The notes under the pieces were generated by a model. The model made no database searches, was not told where the DNA came from, and was given only the letters and a program-made list of their open reading frames with translations. From assembly GCA_030429145.1 (NCBI GenBank), contig JAUIDC010000001.1, positions 210,001 through 242,000 of the forward strand: a stretch of DNA of 32,000 nucleotides. The letters run 5' to 3'. This document shows, piece by piece, positions 20,894 to 31,825 of this stretch (positions are counted from its first letter, which is position 1; every line of letters starts with the position of its first letter). The DNA comes from Candidatus Saccharimonadota bacterium (GTDB taxonomy: Bacteria; Patescibacteriota; Gracilibacteria; Absconditabacterales; Absconditicoccaceae). Made by a program: the position numbers and the translations under genes.

Positions 20894-21206
20894 TGCTGCG
20901 CGACGTATTTTGCTACGTCATTACCAATCAACAGCGACAGGTCATTTTTTGACTGCCAGTCGTTAATTGGGAGTAGCATATCCGTGGGGATTTGGGTGGC
21001 AGAAAATTACTGAAATATTACCCCCCAACCACACTCTGCTGGGTTAAGGATGTTTGCAATAGTTAGGAAAGTGTTCTTTTTTTAGAGAGGGAAACCTCAA
21101 CAACTTAAGAAACAGTAAGAATGAGTCTTGAAGGCTTGTTTATGCTACGCTGAAATAACTATTGCTCCCTTTTCTCGGCATCTATATCCGTATTACTATC
21201 ATCAAC
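20894..21206 (+). ncRNA. candidate structured non-coding RNA / template leader of the reverse transcriptase
   Basis: No plausible ORF. There are several local hairpins (20902-20919; 20935-20962; a long G/C-rich stem 20984-21034; a GNRA hairpin 21087-21098). A longer-range 8-bp pairing joins 20973-20980 to 21141-21148. G- and C-runs are atypical for this AT-rich genome. Confidence 0.4.
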
Positions 21207-23252
21207 ATGACGGATAATCATCTTGCAAAGTTTTATAGCGGTCCCGCCAGTATTCTGGCGGACCAACGCATACTGACAGCCGTCAGTATTTTTTTGCAAA
21301 CTACACAACAAGAGATCATAGATGTATTCCTACTCAGACAACAGTCAAAGCACCAATCTGAAGACGGACAAACGATAGGACAAGGGTACATACATTATCC
21401 TAAAAGAGAAAAAAAGAAATTTAGATATATCACCGAACCACTACCACAGTTGAGGAGTATTCAAGAAACTATTCTTTTTACTCTACAAGGAATTGAACAG
21501 CGCCATAGTATCATGCAAGAGGAACTAGAAGTATATGCTCGTCTGCAAGGCCACAATGTTGATATCTCACATATCAACAATCATCAAAAGGGACTTCAAT
21601 TTAACGAATCACCAATACAAAAAACCGCTATACATAGAGATGCTCGTATAGACAGACCCTACACTGTAGAAGTAGATATTGCCAATGCTTATTCTTCTCT
21701 ATCCGAAGAGAAACTTTTTTTCATACTACAAGATTTACTAAAAACACAATATAACATACTCCCCTTCAAAGCTCTTTCTCCCCTCGAAATACAAAAAGCA
21801 ACCGCACTCATAGGACATTTTCTCGCTTACGACAATCACCTTGCAACGTGAGCACCTACTAGCCCGTATATTTTTCATAAAGCCCTGAAAGCAACAGATG
21901 AAGACATAGTGGACACGTTAGCATCAACACCTATTGAAAATCCAGTATACACAAGATATCTTGATGATATTTATATTACATTCGACAGAATCAATACTCC
22001 GACTTCTTCCACCATCACAGAGTTTGCCTCATCTCTCTATCAAATATATGACCACCTCGAAGATGAGTGAACAATCGATGTCATCCCTAGACTTGCCAAA
22101 CTGCTACCAAAAATGCAACATTTTTTTACTGGTGCAGAGGTCATCATCAGCGATAACGATGCAAAAAGAGAGACAAGAAAACAGCTCGTAGAACTAAGAT
22201 CACTACTCATTGATTTTAAAAACATGTTATTGCATCGACCAGAACACGCCCTAGAATATAGCATCCAATATGTAGACGGATGATTGTCGGAAGAGTATTT
22301 TATAGAGTATTTTGAAAAAACTCTTACCATCCTCAATCGTTTATCAAATAGTTTATGAAAGAGCTTATTTACCACGATCAAAGCACTAGATTGATTCAAA
22401 AGAAAGCTAGATAAGACAACTCCTGACTATGAAATCACAAAGGAAAGCATTCAATTCGATATTGAGAAAATTTTAAGGAAGCATGGATGGCCAGTCAATA
22501 AGTCAAAGATAAAGACAAGATGACCATCTTCTCCATCCATGAGTACGATGCTTGGATTAGGAATAAACAACAGCAACAAAATTACAATTCCAAGCTGAGA
22601 GATAAAAAGAAAATTAGAAATGTACCGAAACATCCTTACGGATAAATCTCCTATTCCTCGCCACTTCAAACACAAAGAAAGTGGTATCTTAGATTATTGG
22701 AAAATACTAACCTCTCTGCAAGGATACAAAGAATATATTCTTGAAATAAAGTGAGCTGATAAAAAAATTTCTAAAAAAGAAAAAATGCAATATATGCGTC
22801 ATCTAGATGGAATTTTCACAAAAGAAGAGGCAATCCTTATCAGAAGAATAGAGAAAAAATGTGCTTCACACTTTGGCATTAGTGTAGAAGAAGCACATGA
22901 ACTTATTTTTTCGGCCCGAACAGTAGAAAAAGAACAAGCATATGCTATGAGAAAAGGAAGAGCCTATCAGGATGGTGATATTATTTTTGATGAAAACGGA
23001 GAGCCAGTAGATACAAGAGATATTCCTCGGGAGTTAGCAGATTCAAATCTCCCCCCTTTTGAAGAACTATATAACGAGAACTGGTATGATCCAACGAAAA
23101 TACCATGATATATTGACGAATCTCTTGCCCCCATTGATGAGAGAGAGATCCCATGGGAACTACTAGCAGAACAGAAACAAGATAATAATAGAGAGGTTGA
23201 ATCAGAAAAACACGACAACCGACCTGATAATATCGATGATCTACCATTCTAA
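21207..23252 (+). CDS. stand-alone reverse transcriptase (retron/UG-Abi-like palm motifs) with internal insertion and long acidic C-terminal extension
   Basis: RT motifs in order are KFRYITEP / LRSIQETIL (1-2), VEVDIANAYSSL (3), T-G(TGA)-APTSPYIF (4), YTRYLDDIYITF (5, YxDD), ILRKHGWPVNKSKIKT (6) and MLGLGINNSNKITIPS (7). The protein is 681 aa read through 9 TGA. TAA is at 23250-23252. The ATG at 21207 is preferred over the TTG at 21162. Confidence 0.85.
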
Positions 23253-23316
23253 AAAAACCCTCCAAGTTGGAGAGTTTTCTATTTGATTGTTATCAAAGAG
23301 TCGTCTTCTTATCTCA

Positions 23317-24741
<1,425 letters not shown>

Positions 24742-24759
24742 TTACATATACTAAATATT

Positions 24760-25386
24760 TTATCTATTCTTCTTTCTTTCCATATATTCTACGATAACCT
24801 CGCCCAGTGTTTCTACTAGGATATCAAATTTTTCGTCACGTCAACCATTGTCCTCGTCATCACGATCAGTATCGATGAGACTTGGTCCATAGCTTTTTTC
24901 CTTTCGTGCAGCGACGATCGCAGCCTGTTTTTTAGGCTGTGGTACATGATGAAACGGATAGGTAATATCATGTTCCAGACGAATAATAATATCACCAGTG
25001 TTCCATGCTGCATCCATAAGACCGCTTTGCTCATATGTGATAGACTGTATATTCTCCCAATAGACTGTTTCTGTCTTATACTGGAGAAATCCATTCCACG
25101 TGAGGATAGTTATACCTCTTTCCGTGATGATCATCGCATCAAAGTAATCATTGAGGACGCGCATCACGAAAAAAGCATAGGTCATCAAACCAAGCACACC
25201 AAAGATCATGGTTGCTATCTCCCAGTCTACATACAAACGTACAAGACGGTAGATAAGCAAAAAGATAAAGAGTATCGCCAGATGTTTGATGGCCGTTTTG
25301 ATATATACTAAGATATCGTGCCCGATAATGTGCTCGATATCATCATGGTTAACATACTGTTTGATAACAAAGGTTCTCAGACTCAT
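24760..25386 (-). CDS. membrane protein with bacterial PH (bPH_2/YdbT-like) domain
   Basis: Two TM helices are followed by ITERGITILTWNGFLQYKTETVYWENIQSITYEQSGLMDAAWNTGDIIIRLEHD. It reads through the TGA at 24841 to TAA at 24760-24762. Confidence 0.6.
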
Positions 25387-25419
25387 AGAACAGAGCTATA
25401 GTGAAGCGGTAAAAAAGTT

Positions 25420-25659
25420 TTACTTTTTGCCTCCTTTCTTCACTGCATCGATCTTTTTCATTCTTTCTGCATATTTCTCCATACGACCCTTAGAAACCTG
25501 TTTTACAACAAGACCCTGATTGTAGGCAGGATGACATGCTGGACAACTTTCTACTTTGATAGGTCCTTTTTCAGTTGAAGATACAGTAAATGTGTTGTCG
25601 CAGATACAATTTACTTCAACATTTTCATGATACTGCGGATGAATTCCTTTCTTTGGCAT
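25420..25659 (-). CDS. rpmE: 50S ribosomal protein L31 (Zn-ribbon type)
   Basis: It reads MPKKGIHPQYHENVEVNCICDNTFTVSSTEKGPIKVESCPACHPAYN. The ATG at 25657-25659 is internal to the track ORF. Confidence 0.9.
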   Translation of the reverse strand: MPKKGIHPQYHENVEVNCICDNTFTVSSTEKGPIKVESCPACHPAYNQGLVVKQVSKGRMEKYAERMKKIDAVKKGGKK

Positions 25660-25752
25660 AGTCAATGATATAAGTAGTAAATAGTCGCGACGCGGTATAC
25701 GTCGCATGATAATATATTCAGTCTCGACCTATGGCCGAGTGTGAATAGCGTT

Positions 25753-26268
25753 TTAGTGAGATTTTTTATGACCTCTTTTAAATTGATGAGCTTCCATCTC
25801 ATGGTCATAGATCTCAGCCTGTGCAAACCACAGTGAGACCTCCTTCTCTGCTTCTTCAGGTGTCGCAGATGCATGTACAAGATTTGTAAGCCAAGCATTG
25901 TTCTTGTCTGTATATCCGAAGCTCAAATGAGAATAATCTCCTCTGATAGTGCCTGGGAGTGCAGACTTTGGCTCTGTAGAACCTACCATCTTACGAACAA
26001 CCTCTATAGCCTCAACACCTTCTCGCACCATGGCGATAACTGGTCCTGAACGCATAAAGTCAGTATTGATTTTAAGAATCTCTTCACCACGACGACTTGC
26101 TAGCTGTCCGATCGTTTCATAGTGATCATAAAGATGCTCCTCTGTCGGCTGTATCATTTTCATAGCCTGCAAATGAAGACCAACCTTCTCAAAACGAGAA
26201 ATAAGTTCACCAACAATGTTTCTTTTTACCGCATCCGGTTTTAGCACTATGAGCGTCTTCTGCAACAT
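25753..26268 (-). CDS. ndk: nucleoside diphosphate kinase
   Basis: It reads TLIVLKPDAVKRNIVGELISRFEKVGL...GPVIAMVREGVEAIEVVRKMVGST...PGTIRGDY...NLVHAS (active-site His). Confidence 0.95.
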   Translation of the reverse strand: MLQKTLIVLKPDAVKRNIVGELISRFEKVGLHLQAMKMIQPTEEHLYDHYETIGQLASRRGEEILKINTDFMRSGPVIAMVREGVEAIEVVRKMVGSTEPKSALPGTIRGDYSHLSFGYTDKNNAWLTNLVHASATPEEAEKEVSLWFAQAEIYDHEMEAHQFKRGHKKSH

Positions 26269-26430
26269 GTGTTTTCCAGCAAAAAAGATCTAAAAATCTA
26301 GGCTTAGATAGTACGGATTTGGGGTTTGATTACAAGGTAAAATAGAGGTATGGAAGTTGTGAAGAAAGACACCGTAACCGACAAATAGTTTTAGTTGTAC
26401 AAATCCAACAGCATTTATTGACATTTTCTA

Positions 26431-26458
26431 TTGAATCATTTTGGCTTTTTTGTATAAT
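26431..26458 (+). promoter_or_regulatory. sigma-70-type promoter with extended -10
   Basis: TTGAAT (26431-26436), a 16-nt spacer ending in TG, then TATAAT (26453-26458), 25 nt before the ATG at 26484. Confidence 0.5.
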
Positions 26459-26483
26459 CTCGCCTTAAACAAATAAAAATCAT

Positions 26484-27386
26484 ATGAACATCAACGATTC
26501 ATTACAACAACAGATTGAAGAGATCCTTAACAACAAATCATGGACCGCACCAAAAGAGGTTTCAGCTGACAAGCTCAAGAACCACACCAACCACGGAATT
26601 GCACCGGACATCGTTAAAGCGCTTTTCAGCTTAATGAAGCAAAAAGAAGCCGTTCTTGTCGAAAAAATAGAACTTCGTAAGAAACTCAATCCTGTAAAAA
26701 CGGAAAAGGACACCCTCATCCCGTTTGGATTCCTTGGAGGTGGAATGGGACTAGGCTTCGGCGGAATTTTCGAGCATATTATTATGCAAACGCAAACGAA
26801 GTCTATCTCCCTTCCTGAGTTACTATCTGAAGATCCGGTAGCCATGCAGGAACTCGAGGCTGAAATAGCACTACTAATGGCGGAGAGGGGCGTAGTTGAA
26901 GCGATGCTACACTACGAGATAAAAAAGATAACGAATATGCAATATCCGTACGCGCAAAAGTGCAATGCTGTCTTCACCCCCGACTTTTCCCTGTTTATAG
27001 AACTGGTGGCCGAATCCGAAGACTGGAAGCTTAAAACTGAGCAGTTTAACCTCCAGGTTGAACGCCTTAAAGAGCAACTACACTTCATTACTCTACCACA
27101 GGACAGCCCTCATATAGAAGAATTCGATACAATGATGGCAGAACTACAGGAAAATAATATTCTATGTTTCGCGGGCGTTATCCCGCATTTCAACGGAAAA
27201 GACACTAAAGCTTACTATCTGCCTAAAAGCTTAGACGAATTTCGTATGTATGAGGACGTCAAAGTGGAGGAAAAAGATGAAACGGCCCTGGCCCGTAAAG
27301 AACGCGTCCGTGAATTGTTCCAAACAATGATCTCTCTCGGCACTCCTTATGTATTCAAAGAAGAGGAAAAAGAAGCCGAGGCATAA
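26484..27386 (+). CDS. hypothetical protein (helical/coiled-coil with central glycine-zipper hydrophobic segment)
   Basis: A 300-aa intact ORF with its own promoter and a strong terminator. It contains GFLGGGMGLGFGGIF and acidic coiled-coil-like regions. No motif was recognised, and none of the Gly codons is TGA. Confidence 0.6.
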   Translation: MNINDSLQQQIEEILNNKSWTAPKEVSADKLKNHTNHGIAPDIVKALFSLMKQKEAVLVEKIELRKKLNPVKTEKDTLIPFGFLGGGMGLGFGGIFEHIIMQTQTKSISLPELLSEDPVAMQELEAEIALLMAERGVVEAMLHYEIKKITNMQYPYAQKCNAVFTPDFSLFIELVAESEDWKLKTEQFNLQVERLKEQLHFITLPQDSPHIEEFDTMMAELQENNILCFAGVIPHFNGKDTKAYYLPKSLDEFRMYEDVKVEEKDETALARKERVRELFQTMISLGTPYVFKEEEKEAEA

Positions 27387-27411
27387 AATGTTATCTACAA
27401 GCTATCTGAAA

Positions 27412-27439
27412 AGCACCGTTTATAGACGGTGCTTTTTTC
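27412..27439 (+). terminator. rho-independent terminator
   Basis: AGCACCGT-ttatag-ACGGTGCT is a perfect 8-bp stem followed by TTTTTT. Confidence 0.75.
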
Positions 27440-27516
27440 TTTGCGACTCTCTACATTGTTATTGACTTATTTATGACAGAGACATATAATACTCGAACAT
27501 AAAATTCAAATAAAAC

Positions 27517-27891
27517 ATGAAACAGCTACTTCTTAACACTGCTATCCAGCAGTCTCAGGAAGGCGGCTGGATAAAATCATTTGAACATCAAAGAGTATGT
27601 ATTGCTATAGGGATAGTTATCCTCATAGGTCTGACAATATTCTTTGTCCGACTATGGTACATGCGAAAAAAGTATCCACCTGGAAAAGGGAAAATATATA
27701 CAATATCATACCCTGGACCAAAGGCACGATCTGCGAAAGAGTTTCTTAAAGAGCGACACGATGCATTATTCATTAGAATTATTGTGCAAACGCTCTGTAA
27801 AGAAACCAATGTATGGCATGCGACTATTGAATGTTATTGAAAGAGCCCTCTGTATATCAGGGGGCTTTTATGAAAGAAAAAACATTTGTAA
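27517..27891 (+). CDS. hypothetical single-pass membrane protein
   Basis: MKQLLLN... has one TM (VCIAIGIVILIGLTIFFVRLWY). The standard-code end is the TGA at 27838. Under code 25 it continues for 16 codons to TAA at 27889-27891, through a hairpin at 27844-27866. Confidence 0.4.
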
Positions 27892-27961
27892 ATTGGTGAA
27901 TTGTTCCCTATATTGAAGAAGAAAAATATGTGTTATCCAGTTTCTATTAAGATTTTTTAAT

Positions 27962-28507
27962 ATGGTTTTATCATCAATGTTTACGTATAGAAAACTCTCT
28001 TTTACGTTAATAGAAATGCTAATAGTTATCGTTATTATAGGTGTTTTGGCGGCAGCTTTAGTACCGAGACTCACCTCTCTGCAAGGTAGAGCAAGAGACA
28101 CCAAACGCAAGGCAGACTTCACGACCATCTTGAATGCAAATGAAATATTTTTTATAGACAACACGAGATATGCTTCACATGGATGAGTTGGCTATCTTGT
28201 CAGCACTGCCTCTCAACCTTGGATACCTGAACTGTCAGGCGTACTAGCGACCATACCTACTGACCCGATCAATGACAATGCTTATTATAGATACACCTAT
28301 GCGTCTGTCTATGCTACACCTGTACACACCTACGACCTGCATGTTTCGTTAGAAAATCGTAATGACCCAGACAGATGTGGGGTTAAGGTCTACTACTCCA
28401 ACACCCATTTCCCGAGTAGCCATGTACGTTGCAGTTTATGACAAACAGGTATAAACAACGGAATGATCTACGATGTTTCTCCAAACATTAAAAATTCTGT
28501 CTACTAA
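27962..28507 (+). CDS. type IV pilin / GspG-like pseudopilin, paralog D
   Basis: It reads MVLSSMFTYRKLS-FTLIEMLIVIVIIGVLAAALVPRLTSLQGRARDTKRKADFTTILNANEIF...PTDPIN...LENRNDPDRCGVKVY...RCSL-G-Q. TAA is at 28505-28507. Confidence 0.8.
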
Positions 28508-28512
28508 ATTTC

Positions 28513-29112
28513 TTACTCTATACTCATATCCATATCGTCTGAACGTCTACGCTTGATAAGCGTTGGGATTTTGATGTTTGACATAAGAAGGATCGTCACC
28601 AACGTGTGCAAGAAAAGCCACACTGGCGTCATTTGGATGAAAGCAAATACAACCGGGTTAGCACTAAATCCCTGCGCAATCATCGTCATTTTGGTCATAT
28701 TGAAAGCGTCGGTACCAATGATAGCGAATTCCAGTGTCATGATGATACTGACCACGGTCAACGGAACAAAAAGTATCGTCAACATAAATCTCTTAAATCA
28801 TGATGCGTGCATACTCACGCGCAGATGTGACTTCAAGAAAATCAACAAAAGAAGCAACAGATATACTGCAAGGATGACCGTCGTTTTATTCTCCTGCAAA
28901 AACAACAAGCTTTCACGTGTTCCTGGATAGAGAGAGTCAATCCACAACACAAACCAATCTATCACTCCCCAAAGCGCAATACATAAACCAGTGAGCATAT
29001 AGTTTGCTATCACTACTTTTATCATCCTCTCTAGGCCTATCGCCAAAGAGAATACACAAAGGATACCAATTGACCCGAAAATAAAATATTCCAAATTGTC
29101 CATGGATGCCAA
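28513..29112 (-). CDS. hypothetical polytopic membrane protein located between pilin genes
   Basis: Two track ORFs join at the TGA at 28798, giving about 6 hydrophobic helices. The start is TTG at 29112 or ATG at 29103. TAA is at 28513-28515. Confidence 0.5.
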
Positions 29113-29187
29113 TAAAAACTAAAAGTTGCTTTCCTTATATAAATAGTTACAAAGACAGTAATTTTACCGCACTTGTACTGAAATTTC

Positions 29188-30000
29188 ATGGGTATGTCAA
29201 ATAAAAAATGATTTACGCTGTTAGAATTAATCATCGCCATCGGTCTACTAGGTGTTGGATTGATTGCTGTATTCGTAGTACTCAATAGTGGATTCAATAC
29301 GATGCGTCAAGCAAGATGACAGGTCACAGCTATTAACTTAGCAAGAGAGTGAGCTGAGATGATGTTCAATGTCAGAGACACAAACCTTCGCAAATGGTCT
29401 GGTAAGAAAGATGCCTGCTGGCTCAACAGAAAGTCTGTCTATGCGGCAAGTGATGCAGCGTGCGAAAACGAACCATGGATTGGCTACTATTATAGCTCTA
29501 CAGGAATTTCTTATATACCTGTCTTTGCTCCTTTCGGTAACAGTCAAACACCTATTGTTATCCCTATGACTGGAAACTCTCTCAACATCTTTGATGGAGA
29601 GATAGCAAATGATGCGTGATATGAGCTACTCACCACAGCGAGTGGCGAATTTCTGCCTTTCCCATTTTTTGAATGATCACAAGGACTTGCAAGTTGTTAC
29701 ACGATCCTCAGCGGCGAACTCAAGACTACTGATGATGGATGTATACCACAAAGACTATCTCCTGCGGGGAAATTCTACAGATCTATTAGTAACGTTTGAC
29801 TCTACGACAAGCACACCTCTACAACAGGTGGAAGGAATCTGCAGTGCGCAGACGGTTCAAGCACCGACTCTGCCACTAGTACTGCATGTGGCACATCTAT
29901 AGCGAAAGAACTGCGTTTCTGTTCAGAAGTACAGTATATCGTTGATAACGCCAGAAGAACCGTCACGATGTGTTCGGTTATGAGTAATTTCAAGGAATAA
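29188..30000 (+). CDS. minor pilin / pseudopilin (PilV/GspI-like) with canonical G|FTLLE prepilin motif
   Basis: It reads M(GM)SNKK-G(TGA)-FTLLELIIAIGLLGVGLIAVFVVLNSGFNTMRQAR-G-QVTAINLARE-G-AEMM. The C-terminal domain is Cys-rich (8 Cys). TAA is at 29998-30000. Confidence 0.7.
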
Positions 30001-30005
30001 GGAAA

Positions 30006-31748
30006 CTACCTATCAAACAAAGCATCCAAATCCCCTTTCGTCATCTTGATGAAAAATGGTCTTCCGTGCTGGCAGACGAACATGCCATCGATGTGAGAAA
30101 ATCCGTCTCTTACAATATTTTGCATTTCTATGTGTGAGAGTTTTTGTCATGCCTTGATAGAAGACTTACATGCTTTCATCGCATAGAGCTCATCGAGGAT
30201 GATGTCAAATGACAATGGCGATGTATGTAGTACAATATTGAATAGCTTCTCTATGTTGATCTGATATTCGACAAAAACTTTTGGCACTGCATAGACTACG
30301 AGTTTATTTTCTCAAAAAAGTTCAATATCAAAACCTAGCTTTTTAAGCTCCTCTATCTTCTCATCTATCACCACTGCTTTTGGTATATCCATGCTCACCG
30401 GCTGCAATAATTTTTCTGGTGACATTCCATCTTCTTGCGCTTTCTTTTTCATTTTCTCAAAAGCAATACGCTCGGCAAGTGCATGTTGATCTATCAGATA
30501 CATACCATCATCTGCTTGGAGCATAATGTACATGTTTCGAAGCTGTCAGATGATAGTATATTGTGACTGATCAGCCTGAATGTGCATCTCCTCTTGCTCT
30601 GTTCACGACTTCACATTGACGTTGTCATTGAATGAGAAATTGAGCATGGATCATTGTCCATGAGCAGCGCGAAATGGATTATTTAAGAAATCACTGCCGT
30701 TTTTTGAAAAGGTAGCCGACGCGATTTTATCAATTGTTTCGCGAGGTATATCAATGATTTTTTCGTGTCCCAATGCATTTTTTACTGCAAGATGTACTGC
30801 TTGATAGATACTTCCTGGATCTGCAAAACGCACCTCCATCTTTCTTGGATGCACATTGACGTCAACATGTTCAGGATCGACATCGACAAACAAAAGTGCC
30901 AGTGGATATTGTCCCGGATGAATCTGTCTTTCGTATGCACTCAGCAATGCTTTTTTCAATATCCTATCCTGCACTGGACGAGCGTTAACGAAGATACGAA
31001 TATTTTCCTGCGAACCAAACGTGAGCGACGAATCAGAAAGCACACCATACATACGTAGTGGCGACTGATCGAAATCCAAGACGCGAACATTGCTCTCTCG
31101 CTCTTTCTTAAAGATGTCTGTAAAGCGAGTTAACAGATCTGTCGCTATTGGTAGGTCAAAGATGATCTTTCCATCTTTCTGCAACACCCAGCGTTTATCT
31201 CGGTGAACCAGTGCAAAATTCACAAATAGATCATGACAATAAAAGTACTCTGTTTGCGCCGACTTGAGAAATTTTTGCCTTACTGGTGTATTGTAAAAAA
31301 GATCTTCGACAATCACAGTCGTTCCATGCCCTCACGCAAAGCTTGATGGCTTCAGCGAAATCTCATCAGCGATCTTGGTCAATGTCTGCCCTACCGTACT
31401 ATCAGCACGTTTCGTCTGGATGGTCAACTTACTCACCTCTGCGATAGCCGCTAATGCCTCACCACGGAAACCATACGAGCTGATCGAATACAAATCCTCT
31501 TCCTCCAAAATCTTACTTGTCGCATATCTTTCTATCACAAGCTCCATATCTTCCGTTTCTATCCCATCTCCATCATCTTCTACTTTTATCAATTTTCTTC
31601 CACCATCATGAAGATCTACCACGATCTCTTCAGCACCTGCATCAAGCGAGTTTTCTACAAGTTCTTTCACCACCGAAGCAGGACGTTCGACCACCTCTCA
31701 CGCCTTCAATCTGTTTACTAGATAGTCTGGAAGTCTTTGAATCGCCAT
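30006..31748 (-). CDS. mutL: DNA mismatch repair protein MutL
   Basis: It reads [39 protein letters not shown]...DDGDGI...[12 protein letters not shown]...[12 protein letters not shown]. The C-terminal dimerisation domain contains [27 protein letters not shown]. It has 7 in-frame TGA. TAG is at 30006-30008. Confidence 0.9.
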
Positions 31749-31825
31749 CAAGAAATCATTTTTTAACTACAAAATCGTCTGTCGAGAATATATTTATTTT
31801 ATCAGTTCATGCAATGATATTATCA

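Noticed and set aside
20823-23252. Diversity-generating retroelement (RT next to variable surface/pilin genes).
   Set aside because: RT motif 4 is of the G-APTSP type rather than the DGR-typical ...SQ signature. I found no template/variable repeat pair: nothing in 20880-21206 resembles the 3' ends of the pilin or surface-protein genes. No Avd-like small ORF is present.
23253-23290. Terminator hairpin between the RT and atpD stops (CTCC-aagtt-GGAG with flanking A- and T-runs).
   Set aside because: The stem is only 4 bp once a sterically possible loop is allowed, which is too weak to annotate as a feature.
20880-23316. Group II intron carrying the RT ORF.
   Set aside because: There is no GUGCG-like 5' end and no recognisable domain V/VI. 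Only ~65 nt separate the RT stop from the convergent atpD stop, which leaves no room for the 3' ribozyme domains. No maturase or HNH region is recognisable.
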